From Escherichia coli (GTDB lineage Bacteria; Pseudomonadota; Gammaproteobacteria; Enterobacterales; Enterobacteriaceae): a DNA stretch of 64,000 bases. The stretch is from NCBI RefSeq assembly GCF_011045215.1, contig NZ_CP049201.1. The stretch is one strand, 5' to 3'. The notes under the pieces are model-generated. The model made no database searches. It saw only the letters and a program-made list of their open reading frames with translations, and had not been told where the DNA came from. Below, one piece after another: positions 11,669-21,254 of the stretch. A program made the position numbers and the translations under genes. How positions within the stretch are numbered: the stretch's first letter is position 1; every line of letters begins with the position of its first letter.

Positions 11669-12154
11669 TCAGTCGATGATGCGCATAATGGCGCTGCATT
11701 CCGGATGTTGCAGGGCGTAATCCCGCAACCGATAATAATGGACCGTCATGGCATAACACTCCGTACGACAGGCATGATGACTGTACGTCATCAGACAGGC
11801 GGCAATGCCGGCGGCTTCCGGACTCATTTCAGCGCGGTTACCGTTCATGGCATTGAACAGTACCCATGTTTCGTCATCATCGTCATCCGGTTCGGGTGCC
11901 ATAAATGCCCCGCCGTTGTTCAGGGTGTACAGATTCCAGATACCACCGCAGTAGTCTTCGCACAGACGGTCCATCCAGCCGAAGACACGGGGTTCCAGGG
12001 TCACCCACTGTGGAATGAGGCCAAAGTGCTGCGGCCAGAAGCTGATGCGCTGTTCATCAGGGACGGGAGTGGCAACCAACTGAGACTGGTTATTCCCTGA
12101 TGCAGTAGTTACGGAAACAGAAGGTGTGGTGGAGCTATGCGAAAAGGTTGTCAT
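11669..12154 (-). CDS. Antirestriction protein, ArdB/KlcA family (YfjX/YafX-like), 161 aa
   Basis: Track ORF; conserved WNLYTLNNGGAFMAPE region and acidic DDDDDE stretch; stop abuts the RadC-like start. Confidence 0.75.
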   Translation of the reverse strand: MTTFSHSSTTPSVSVTTASGNNQSQLVATPVPDEQRISFWPQHFGLIPQWVTLEPRVFGWMDRLCEDYCGGIWNLYTLNNGGAFMAPEPDDDDDETWVLFNAMNGNRAEMSPEAAGIAACLMTYSHHACRTECYAMTVHYYRLRDYALQHPECSAIMRIID

Positions 12155-12245
12155 GAGATGATTCCTTATAAAAAGTAAATGAATGGAAGAATGCCTGGGG
12201 ATTGGTACAGACGTGAGTCAGGGCTGCACTTTCAGGGAAACAGCA

Positions 12246-13064
12246 TTAGCGCATGCTCTCCAGCAGCGTTTCTGCCATCACCCACAATGCGCGATTGAGC
12301 TTAATGTCCGTGTCGATGCTGTGAATGGCACGGGTGTGGATACGTTTTCCTTTAGCGCTGCGACCGGAAATTCCGCCTTTCAGCATATTCTCCTGAATGG
12401 TCTGATAAGCACTCCACAGGTCCTTACCGTAATCCTCCCTGCGTCGTGGTGTCAGAATGTCGGCGGTGGTGACGGGCTGATGTTCGTCACCATAACGGTA
12501 AGTCAGTGCCGCCTGTGCCAGCGCCTGGTGTGCCGGTGGCGGCAGAATCAGCGACTGCATGGCATCACGCTTTTCCTCAATCCGGTCAAAAACGCCCACC
12601 ACTTCGTAAGCCCCTTCAATAACTTTCTCCACCACGTCTCCCCGGTGCGGAACACGCACCTCTCCCAGAGACTGACCGCAGACGCACCCGTTCTGACAAA
12701 CGAATCTGAAGTAACCCGGCAGCATCTGGTAGCTGGAGGTACCGTCATGGGAATTGAGCAGGATGATTTCCGGGACATGCTGTCCGTTTATCTCTCCGGC
12801 CCGCCGCAGACGCAGCATGTGTTTGGTATACCCCCGGCGGCCCGGGTCACGTACGCGGGTCTGGCAGGCGAAGAAGGGCTGAAAGCCCTCCCGCTGCAGA
12901 CTTTCCAGCACGGTGATGGTGGGGATATACGTATAGCGTTCACTGCGGGAGGTATGCCGGTCTTCCCCAAAAATACCGGGTACATAGTGCATCAGCTCTT
13001 CATGTGTCAGCGGACGGTCACGGCGTATCTGGTTCGCATAACCAAAACGACTTGCTAATCGCAT
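12246..13064 (-). CDS. DUF932-family protein (YafZ/YfjQ-like), 272 aa
   Basis: Track ORF; size and position near the GTPase end of the CP4-type module. Confidence 0.7.
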   Translation of the reverse strand: MRLASRFGYANQIRRDRPLTHEELMHYVPGIFGEDRHTSRSERYTYIPTITVLESLQREGFQPFFACQTRVRDPGRRGYTKHMLRLRRAGEINGQHVPEIILLNSHDGTSSYQMLPGYFRFVCQNGCVCGQSLGEVRVPHRGDVVEKVIEGAYEVVGVFDRIEEKRDAMQSLILPPPAHQALAQAALTYRYGDEHQPVTTADILTPRRREDYGKDLWSAYQTIQENMLKGGISGRSAKGKRIHTRAIHSIDTDIKLNRALWVMAETLLESMR

Positions 13065-13338
13065 GATCTGCTCCTTATGAATGATTAAGCGGTATAAATG
13101 AAAAAGCCGCAGCTCCCGGAGAAGACGCGGCCTGATGGATGATGTTTATTGTCTGAGGTACCCTTCACGGGCGGGCCACGCATTAAGCTGTTATGACAGC
13201 AACCGCCTGCCCGTATGAGAAAGATCCTTCAGCCAGGACATACTCTGTGTAACCCGGCATATCTGTTTTCTCCTGATAAATAAAAAGCCTCTGCCACGCG
13301 TTGTGACAGAGGCTGAAGCATGAAACTGACTTCAGGGA

Positions 13339-13794
13339 TCAGTTAACGTTTTTTCCGGAAACGGTAATTAGCAGTGGATGGTAGTCCTGGGGATCGAAAA
13401 CCGATAACGGCAGACTGACACGATGGCCGTTACTTTCTTCAGTTGCTTTAATGATTTCGGTTGTGGCGACATTTTCCACGCACTCCGTTTCCAGAAATGC
13501 GTCTGTGGTTCGCGTGGCATCACTGTCACCAAAGGCTTCCGTTTCCATTTTTCTGGTCACCAGCCTCTGACCATATTTGTCTTTGAGTTGCAGAGTGATG
13601 GTGAGGGGGCCAAATCCTTCTCCGTTTCCGCCATTATCCAGCCGGAACTGGTAAGCACAAATATTTCCCGGGAGCCATATCGTATCTGTATTGCGTATAC
13701 TGATGTAACGTTGATCCTGTGCCCGGAGTGGGGCAGACCACGTTAACCCCAGAATGACGCCGGTAATAATGCAGGTTTTGAACAGGTGAATCAT
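13339..13794 (-). CDS. Secreted/periplasmic hypothetical protein (151 aa), YfjT-like
   Basis: Track ORF; N-terminal signal-peptide-like MIHLFKTCIITGVILGLTWSAPLRA. Confidence 0.5.
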   Translation of the reverse strand: MIHLFKTCIITGVILGLTWSAPLRAQDQRYISIRNTDTIWLPGNICAYQFRLDNGGNGEGFGPLTITLQLKDKYGQRLVTRKMETEAFGDSDATRTTDAFLETECVENVATTEIIKATEESNGHRVSLPLSVFDPQDYHPLLITVSGKNVN

Positions 13795-13869
13795 GGTATT
13801 TACCTCTCTGAGTCATGACGATGACACTGACAAATCAGGTGATAAAACGTAAAAGGTGCAGAATACTCG

Positions 13870-16392
13870 TTATGCCGGTAACTCCGGGGGTAATGCTTCT
13901 TCCAGCCGGTTAACCATATTGCCGAGATGGGATGCATCATATTCCATGACGGGGCGTTGCCTGATGATACTGACCACCAGTGGTTTGATTAACATATTGG
14001 TCGCGGCCCGTTGTTGTATACCGGCGGCGAAAATGATCTCCAGAGCATTCTGATCGATAACACGGGCCAGATTCGCGTTCAGATTTTCTGTTTCATGTCC
14101 GGTCAGCAGGAAACTGCCGGCAAGCCATGTCACCTGTTCCTGAATCATTGCCAGAATTTTGACGCGATCTTCTTCAACCAGCGCTCCGGCAATTTTTCCT
14201 GATACAGCGGAGGCAATCATTCCCCCCAGAACACCGCCAACCACACGCCCTGTCAGTGCACCAAATGGTCCCAGTGGACTGAACAGTATCCCGCCCGCCA
14301 CTGACCCGACAGCTCCACCTGCCACACCGGAAGATGCCACGGCAAGATTCCTGATGAACTGCGTACCGGAGATCCGTCCCCGCAACATTTTGATCATGTC
14401 AGGGCCGGTTGTGACAGCTACCAGTGCCAGAGATGTCACCAGCGTACCCTTCATCACTTTGTTCAGGGCACTGATATTTCCTGCACCGGTCCCCTTCTGA
14501 AGAGCCAGTCGGACAGTCGGGCTGGCAGTCGAAAAATCAATGTGCTTCAGCATACCCTGAACAACACTGAGCCGGTGGAGTTGCTGGGTTGTGACGTAGA
14601 CAGCCAGTGTGCGGGTGAAGGTTTTTCCTGCCTGGACAGCAGCTGTCTGCAGAGCAGCATCGCGATCGCCGGTGCTGAGCCAGAAGACCGATGCCGTCAG
14701 GGCAAAACTGATCCCTCCGGCCGCCAGACTGACAACCGAACCCTCGGCAATATCATAAGTGACCGATTCGATGGTCCCGAACCGGGTGATATTACGGGCC
14801 TGAGTATAAGTCAGATGTCCCCGACGAATCAGCCGGGACGCTTCTGCGGGATCGATTACACCGGGTACTTTACCTTCGCGGATCTTATTCCTCATGGTTT
14901 CAACAGCGCCGGCATACTGATCACGGGGGACTTCCAGTTGCATGGGGCCATTATTTCCCATGTAACGATACTGTCCGTTTTGTCCGTCGAATGCCGCACC
15001 GACGCTACGGGCTGCAGTTGAACAATATTTCGTCTGGATTTCTGTTCCGCTGACCAGTCTGTCTGCTCCATTTCTGGCATTATTATCACCGAGGATCCGT
15101 GCGTTTTTCAGACGGATTCTGTCGACAATATGGTTTCCCCGTTCAGCGGCAAACCCATGTCCCTGCCCTCCGGAAGCAAACATTTTCTCATTTGTACTCC
15201 AGGTTTCCGGCAGTTTCATGAGAATCAGACCATTCGCCGTTGCATCGGAAATAAAACTGTTGTAGGGGCGTTCATAAATTTCCTGACACAGTGTTTCTGT
15301 TTCGCGACAAAGAGAGGAGCAGTACCATTCCGGATCCGGCTTATGATTTTCCGGGGCATGATGTACTTCTGTCAGCCCGCAGGAGGCACAGACACGAAGC
15401 TCATCCACGTGATGGAATGATACAAAACGGCGACCTTCTGAAAAGGGATACCAGTCACCGCCGTCCAGGCAACGATCGAGAAAATCGTCATTCGCTTCCG
15501 GTGATAAATTCAGGCGGTTCCGGAAGAGTGTTTTCAGTTCATCAGGTGTGAATGACAGGTTCTCTTTCAACTGTTCGTTAAACCCTGCCATGTTTCTTTC
15601 ATACCAGGCATTGTTCAGTAACCAGTTTCCGTCTGCCAGTTCAAATTCCCTCAGCTCTCCCCGGGAAATCCGTTGAGAAATAAGCGTCAGCCAGATGCGC
15701 TCCGTCAGTGAGTCAGGAAGGCTGTAATCGTTTTGCAAACTGGTCAGCCACGATTTACTGTTGAGCACCGGTTGTTCTTCCAGTGTCTGGCTGATGGCAC
15801 AGGTCAGTTTTTTCAGCGCCTGGATTTGGCTGGCCGCCCATAGCAGCGTCACTAATGCAGCCAGCCAGTACAACAACCCGCCCCACCACATCAGTGACGG
15901 TGAAATATCGTACTGTAACGCGATCAATGGTGCGCATGCAGAACAAGCCATAAGGAAAAAGGCAGTATAAAAACAGCAGTAATATCCGTTAATTTCCTTG
16001 CTGATATCTTCTGGTGTGATCCCGTTCTGCTGAATGTTTTTGATCTGCAGGGGAACAGCCAGCAGACCACCGGCGAGAGCGGTGGTCAGAATAAATTTCA
16101 CGGAGTCAAAGGTGTGAGACTCCAGCGCAATATGTTTACCATCAAGTCCCCACATGAAGCTGATGATCATTCCGGCAATCGTCAGAAATACGCCTGCCAG
16201 CCAGCGAATATGGAACAACCGGGTTATGCGTTCGGTGATATAGCCAGCCAGTAAGGCCGGGCCGAACAGACACAGCAATATGAGCCCTGCCAGCGCAGAA
16301 GCCGTGCTGATTAATGCTCTGAACAAAAGGCGAAGAATGGCAAATCCTGCGATCAGCAGGATCAGCGCGCCGACTATCTGTAACATAGTCAC
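13870..16392 (-). CDS. Large inner-membrane protein of unknown function (840 aa), YeeR-position downstream of flu
   Basis: Track ORF; hydrophobic N-terminal ~250 aa; central cysteine cluster CASCGLTEVHH...CSSLC; Gly-rich hydrophobic C-terminal third. Confidence 0.6.
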   Translation of the reverse strand: MTMLQIVGALILLIAGFAILRLLFRALISTASALAGLILLCLFGPALLAGYITERITRLFHIRWLAGVFLTIAGMIISFMWGLDGKHIALESHTFDSVKFILTTALAGGLLAVPLQIKNIQQNGITPEDISKEINGYYCCFYTAFFLMACSACAPLIALQYDISPSLMWWGGLLYWLAALVTLLWAASQIQALKKLTCAISQTLEEQPVLNSKSWLTSLQNDYSLPDSLTERIWLTLISQRISRGELREFELADGNWLLNNAWYERNMAGFNEQLKENLSFTPDELKTLFRNRLNLSPEANDDFLDRCLDGGDWYPFSEGRRFVSFHHVDELRVCASCGLTEVHHAPENHKPDPEWYCSSLCRETETLCQEIYERPYNSFISDATANGLILMKLPETWSTNEKMFASGGQGHGFAAERGNHIVDRIRLKNARILGDNNARNGADRLVSGTEIQTKYCSTAARSVGAAFDGQNGQYRYMGNNGPMQLEVPRDQYAGAVETMRNKIREGKVPGVIDPAEASRLIRRGHLTYTQARNITRFGTIESVTYDIAEGSVVSLAAGGISFALTASVFWLSTGDRDAALQTAAVQAGKTFTRTLAVYVTTQQLHRLSVVQGMLKHIDFSTASPTVRLALQKGTGAGNISALNKVMKGTLVTSLALVAVTTGPDMIKMLRGRISGTQFIRNLAVASSGVAGGAVGSVAGGILFSPLGPFGALTGRVVGGVLGGMIASAVSGKIAGALVEEDRVKILAMIQEQVTWLAGSFLLTGHETENLNANLARVIDQNALEIIFAAGIQQRAATNMLIKPLVVSIIRQRPVMEYDASHLGNMVNRLEEALPPELPA

Positions 16393-16506
16393 TCCGTGAT
16401 GAATATCATGTTATTGTTAATGCCAGCGAATGTGGCGTTGAATATCCGTTGCGCCGGTCCGGGTCCCGATCATGATGACCGGGACCACAGAGAGGCGATG
16501 GTTCTG

Positions 16507-19356
16507 TCAGAAGGTCACATTCAGCGTGGCCTGACCGTTATAGCCTTCGGCGCTGTTGCCGCTGACACTGTGGGCATAACCGGCCTGAACGCCCAGGGTG
16601 ATATTTTCCCGGACACGGGCTTCCAGTCCGGCCTGCAGGTCCAGTGACGTGCCATTCCGGGACGGTGAAAACGTCATGTTACTGCCGGCGGCGGCTGTAC
16701 CCATGCTCATGTCACCCCGGGAGCTGAAAGTGCGGATAACAGAAGGCTGTACCCACCAGTTCACCGGCAGTTCACTCACACGGTGTTTTGCACTGTCGCG
16801 CAGAGTGTCACGGGATGAGGTGCCTTCGCCAAAAGTCATATCGTTGTGGCTGCCCAGACGGAAGCCGGCACGCACATGTTGTGCACTGCCATGCCCGAAC
16901 TTCACATAACCGGCGTTATCCTGGCCGTCATCCAGGGAGAGCCCCTGCCAGGTGTACTGCAGTTGTGGCTCCAGCATCAGGTTGTCAGTGATACTGAAGG
17001 GCAGACCGGTTTCCAGTGAGCCCAGCCAGCCCCAGCCCCGGGCGCGGAAGTCGTTATTGTCCGATGACGCTTTCATGCTGTGGCGGGTTCCCTGGGCCAC
17101 AATGTCAGCCCACAGGCCGGAGGACGTGTGTACCAGATTCAGGTATCCGCCCAGGCTGCCGGCATCATCCCGGACCGTGCCGGCACGGGAGCCGTCATCA
17201 TCCTTAACATCAACGGAAGAATGGCCAGCAGCACCATACACTCCTGTCGTCAGTGACATACCGGCAACCTCTGTTCTCAGCAGGTCACCCTCCAGACGGA
17301 CGAGGCCATAGCTGCCGCTGCTTTCCGGCGTGGCCCCACGGGCAATACCACCGTTGTTATCGTGCCCGAGATGACCGCCCTGAATGCTGAGACGGACGCT
17401 GTTATTTTCACCGCTTACACCGGTCTGATGGCTGCGGGAACCTGCCAGAATCCGGTCATAGTCCATTGCCTGTGTCAGCATGGAGGCATACAGGGGGACT
17501 TCAGCACGATAAGCATTTTCACTGCGCAGGTACCAGTCTTCATCGCTGTCACGGTTCAGGGTGTAGTTAAAGGCGCCGGCCTGAAGCGGGCGACTCAGGG
17601 CAAACGCACCTTCTTCTGTGGTAGCACCATTCTGTGCATCCACAACCCGGATACCCTGTCCGGAGGTTGCCACCCCGAGGTTACTGTTTCCGACATTTGT
17701 AAACGCAAGCCAGGTTTTGCCGGTTGCCTGACCACCATTAATCACCAGCTGGTCAGAGGCATTACTGCCATCAAGGCTGACACGCATATTGATGGTGCCG
17801 CCCTGGCCGGTGAGGTTCGTGGTGGTTAGTTTATGGAACGTTACCGGGGAGTTACTTTTTGCAACAGCACGGCTCAGCGCGGCATCCGGTGTCGTCTGAT
17901 TATCAAAGTGAATCTCTCCTGCGTTAATAATATCGCCGGTACTGACCACATCACCATTCAGTACCATACTGGCGCCTTTACTGAGCTGTGTTCTGCCACT
18001 CAGACTTCCCCCGGCAGCCAGCGTCAGTGTTCCACGATGTCCGACAGTGGTGTTGCTGGCCAGTCCTCCGGCATTAACCGTAAAGCTGCCGCCATTTTCC
18101 AGCAGCAGGCCGCTGGCCTGACCGGATATGCCATCAATACTGAACTTACCGCTGGCATTGGTCCCCTCAACAGTGGCACCACTGTCTGCAATCAGGGCAC
18201 CACCGGATGTCATGGTGACATCTGTTGCCTTACCACCGGCAGACACTGCCAGGGTACCGCCGTCATCCACCAGTGTTTTCCAGGCTGAATGGCCCTCCAG
18301 TACATCCAGGCGACCGCCGGACTCCAGAACAACGCCGTCAGCCTTACCGTTTTCCACTGTGAAATTCCCCAGGCGGTTTGTGCCGGTGACAGTTGCAGCA
18401 GTACTGGTAACCAGTGCACCGCCCGTGTTCTGGGTGACTGCAGTGGCTTCCCCGCCGGCATGTACCCTCAGTTCACCGTTCTGATTTATGGTGGTGTTAC
18501 CGGCAGCGCCACCGGCCTTAACAACCTGCCAGCCCCCCTCGTTAATTACCGTGTTCAGCGCCAGTCCGTCCTTGTGCACATACTGGTAACCGCCATTCAG
18601 TGTGGTATTCAGGGCCCTTCCGTGTACCGACTGGTCACCACCTGCGTAAATGAGAGTGTCACGGGCTATCCCGGAAGATAAGATAATCTGCCGTCCATTT
18701 TTGTTGATGGTGGTGGATTCTGCTGTTCCCTGGACCTTCTGACCCGTGTACGAGTTGTCAGAATCCGGGCCGCCTTCTGCGCCGGTGTTGATGATGGTTC
18801 CTGTTGCCAGCCCGCCACTTTTAACGCTCTGGTAACCGTCGCGGTTGATAATTGTACCGGTGGCAACCCCGCCCTCATGAACCCACTGCTCGCCTCTGTT
18901 ATTCAGCGTGGTGTTCACCGCCAGCCCGTTCAGGCTCTGTCCCCCGCCGTCACGAATAACCGTATCACTGGCTGTTCCCCCCTCCAGCACGACCTGACGA
19001 CCATTTGTGGTGACAGTGGTGTTTCCGGCTATCCCGCCATTCTGTATCCATTGCCCACCGGTGTTTTCTTCACTGTCCGGCCCCAGTTCCAGCCCGGTAC
19101 TGATGGTCATTCCGTTGGCCGTACCGAGGACAATCTGGTTGTCATGATTTGTCAGTGTTCCGCCGCTCATGGTTTCTCCCGCCTGTACAACCGTGTCAGC
19201 AGCCAGTGCCGGGACTGACGTGACAGCAGCAAGAGACAGCGCAACCGCCACACCGGTGCGTTTTCCCCGTGAGCGGGCCAGTTCGGAGGCCACCACCAGG
19301 GTGCCCGTAATGTGATTCCATACCAGCCTGTAGCTGGTGTTCAGATGTCGTTTCAT
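16507..19356 (-). CDS. flu: Antigen 43 (Ag43) self-associating autotransporter, ~949-aa allele
   Basis: Track ORF 16507..19431(-); start at MKRHLNTSYRLVWNHITGTLVVASELARS (extended signal peptide); repetitive passenger domain; C-terminal beta-barrel ending ...GYNGQATLNVTF. Confidence 0.92.
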   Translation of the reverse strand: MKRHLNTSYRLVWNHITGTLVVASELARSRGKRTGVAVALSLAAVTSVPALAADTVVQAGETMSGGTLTNHDNQIVLGTANGMTISTGLELGPDSEENTGGQWIQNGGIAGNTTVTTNGRQVVLEGGTASDTVIRDGGGQSLNGLAVNTTLNNRGEQWVHEGGVATGTIINRDGYQSVKSGGLATGTIINTGAEGGPDSDNSYTGQKVQGTAESTTINKNGRQIILSSGIARDTLIYAGGDQSVHGRALNTTLNGGYQYVHKDGLALNTVINEGGWQVVKAGGAAGNTTINQNGELRVHAGGEATAVTQNTGGALVTSTAATVTGTNRLGNFTVENGKADGVVLESGGRLDVLEGHSAWKTLVDDGGTLAVSAGGKATDVTMTSGGALIADSGATVEGTNASGKFSIDGISGQASGLLLENGGSFTVNAGGLASNTTVGHRGTLTLAAGGSLSGRTQLSKGASMVLNGDVVSTGDIINAGEIHFDNQTTPDAALSRAVAKSNSPVTFHKLTTTNLTGQGGTINMRVSLDGSNASDQLVINGGQATGKTWLAFTNVGNSNLGVATSGQGIRVVDAQNGATTEEGAFALSRPLQAGAFNYTLNRDSDEDWYLRSENAYRAEVPLYASMLTQAMDYDRILAGSRSHQTGVSGENNSVRLSIQGGHLGHDNNGGIARGATPESSGSYGLVRLEGDLLRTEVAGMSLTTGVYGAAGHSSVDVKDDDGSRAGTVRDDAGSLGGYLNLVHTSSGLWADIVAQGTRHSMKASSDNNDFRARGWGWLGSLETGLPFSITDNLMLEPQLQYTWQGLSLDDGQDNAGYVKFGHGSAQHVRAGFRLGSHNDMTFGEGTSSRDTLRDSAKHRVSELPVNWWVQPSVIRTFSSRGDMSMGTAAAGSNMTFSPSRNGTSLDLQAGLEARVRENITLGVQAGYAHSVSGNSAEGYNGQATLNVTF

Positions 19357-19569
19357 CAGCTTTTCCTTACAGAGGGTGAATAAAAAAGCCGGTACCCACA
19401 AATGTGGATACCGGCAGGTACAAAACAGCATGGTCAGATAAAGTGGTTTTTCCCGGACATAAATGCTTCCCCTCTCTCATCCGCCAGAGAAGTATCAGTC
19501 CGTTGTGTGCAATTCCGTTCTGCATGATGAAGAGATTCAGCTGCCTTTTCGCAGGCCATTAACCACTAC

Positions 19570-19612
19570 AAACGATCGATACTAACGATCGATACCTGTT
19601 TTATCGATCGTT
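19570..19612 (-). promoter_or_regulatory. agn43 phase-variation switch: three clustered GATC (Dam) sites overlapping the expected OxyR operator
   Basis: ACGATCGATACTAACGATCGATACCTGTTTTATCGATCG; three GATC within ~40 bp, ~215-255 bp upstream of the flu start. Confidence 0.65.
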
Positions 19613-19727
19613 TTATTCTATTGATAGCAGGGCAGTCACGCAAGAGAAACAGGAGGGTATGAGGGGTTTGTATCATGTTTTCAGTTGGTTAACGCAATGT
19701 AATCAGGCATTTCCCCTGGCAGAGTGT

Positions 19728-20600
19728 TCAGAAGAAAATCCAGTTCCATACCGCACGGGCAACAGAGACCACCGTGTCACGAACAGCGCGCAGGGCCGTA
19801 CGGACAACAGAGGCAACACAGACGCTCTCCGCTGTGTCAAATATCCGGTCCACCGCACCGGTAAACTGTTCACGGGCCTGAGAGCGGACAGATTCCGTGC
19901 GCAGCTCGTCCTGCAGTCGGGTCATCAGGGGACTGGCGGCATGGTCGGGAAGCGCTGTCATGAGCGCACTGACCAGCGTATCCAGTTCCCAGCCGGTGCG
20001 GGCCGATACGGCCACAACCGGATGTGCGGGCCGGAACAGACGGAATACCGCCTCCGTTTTTTCGCGAATGTTCCGTGCCTGTGCGGGAGAGGGCTGAATG
20101 CCGGCCATATCCCATTCATGGCAGGGCTCCGTTTTGTCGGCCTGCGTCACCACAAACAGCACCTGCTGATGTCCCCGGTGCAGGATGTGTCGCCAGAAAT
20201 ACTCATCCACAGACAGGGCACGGTCATCGGCTTTAATCAGCCACAGTACCAGGTCAAGTTCAGGCAGAATGTCACGGTACAGGGCTTCATACTCTGCATC
20301 CCTGTCCCGGCTCTCGCCCACCCCGGGCAGGTCAGTGATAACCATGCTGTGACCGTGGCCACTCAGACGGAAGCGCTGCACTTCCCGGGTGCCGGCGTGA
20401 ACATCACTGACCGGGGTGACCTCCCCCTGAAACAGTGCATTACAGAGTGAGGATTTACCGGCCCCGCTTTTACCCATAATGCCAATCACGGGTTCGTGAC
20501 TGGTGAGTTTGCGCAGATGTTCCAGGATGTGACGGGAAAGTGAGTAAGGCAGGGAGGAGAGCGGTTTTTCAATTGCCTCAATGGCATCAGACGGATTCAT
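19728..20600 (-). CDS. YeeP/YfjP/YkfA-family GTPase (50S ribosome-binding GTPase fold)
   Basis: Track ORF 19728..20639(-); P-loop GIMGKSGAGKSS, DLPG switch motif; start likely at MNPSDAIEAIEK. Confidence 0.8.
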   Translation of the reverse strand: MNPSDAIEAIEKPLSSLPYSLSRHILEHLRKLTSHEPVIGIMGKSGAGKSSLCNALFQGEVTPVSDVHAGTREVQRFRLSGHGHSMVITDLPGVGESRDRDAEYEALYRDILPELDLVLWLIKADDRALSVDEYFWRHILHRGHQQVLFVVTQADKTEPCHEWDMAGIQPSPAQARNIREKTEAVFRLFRPAHPVVAVSARTGWELDTLVSALMTALPDHAASPLMTRLQDELRTESVRSQAREQFTGAVDRIFDTAESVCVASVVRTALRAVRDTVVSVARAVWNWIFF

Positions 20601-21254
20601 ACATGTATTCCCGGTGAAAAAAGACAAAACCCCGCGCACCGGAAAGGTGGCGGGGGATTCACGGAGATAATATCTGCCTGAAATTATTTAGGATGCAGGT
20701 ATCTTCAGATAATCATACCTCCAGAATTTTGTTCTTAATAGTTGAGTAGTGGTATTTGGTTTCCCTGAGAGAATATAAAGGTGAATCATACTGTATTGAG
20801 TTTGATTCTATTTGTACTGAGACAGGTATCTTCATGATTATAATCAAAAGTCGGGTGGATTGGTCTGGCGCTCATTATTTTTTCGAATAAACTCACTAAT
20901 TATTGTAACCATCCCAGAGGAGATGATTTTATGTATAATTGTGGTGAATCATATTCAGAATACGACATATCATTATCTGACGATGAAAACTATAACGATG
21001 ACTATTATCGTGAACGCCCGTGCCCGGGAGAAGTTTTCGGCTATGATAATACTGAGGATAATGATGAGGCGGCATCTGATTATGCACTAAAAATAAATGA
21101 AAACTCTGATTAATACGAGGTGGCTGATAATAAGACAATCAATGACAAATATTAATGAATAAACATAATCAGGCGCTCAATACTTGATTTAATCTGGGCG
21201 CCTGATTAAAATCTGAGGTAACATATAATAATTTTCATCAAAATAGTATTTATG

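Noticed and set aside
11189-13058. Plus-strand ORFs of 303 aa (11189..12100) and 291 aa (12183..13058)
   Set aside because: They lie antisense to the RadC-like/antirestriction and DUF932 genes, which have recognisable family motifs; the plus-strand translations are His/Gly/Cys-rich with no motifs.
16598-19218. Plus-strand ORFs of 60-155 aa overlapping the antigen 43 gene
   Set aside because: Antisense to a confidently identified 949-aa gene; Pro/Arg/Cys-rich translations typical of reverse frames.
19659-20450. Plus-strand 263-aa ORF
   Set aside because: Antisense to the GTPase gene, which has a P-loop on the minus strand.
20931-21113. Plus-strand 60-aa acidic ORF (MYNCGESYSEYDISLSDDENYNDDYY...) in the AT-rich gap between the GTPase gene and the IS481-like element
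   Set aside because: Very AT-rich low-complexity region, overlapped by an antisense ORF, no ribosome-binding site seen; cannot be supported as a gene from sequence alone.
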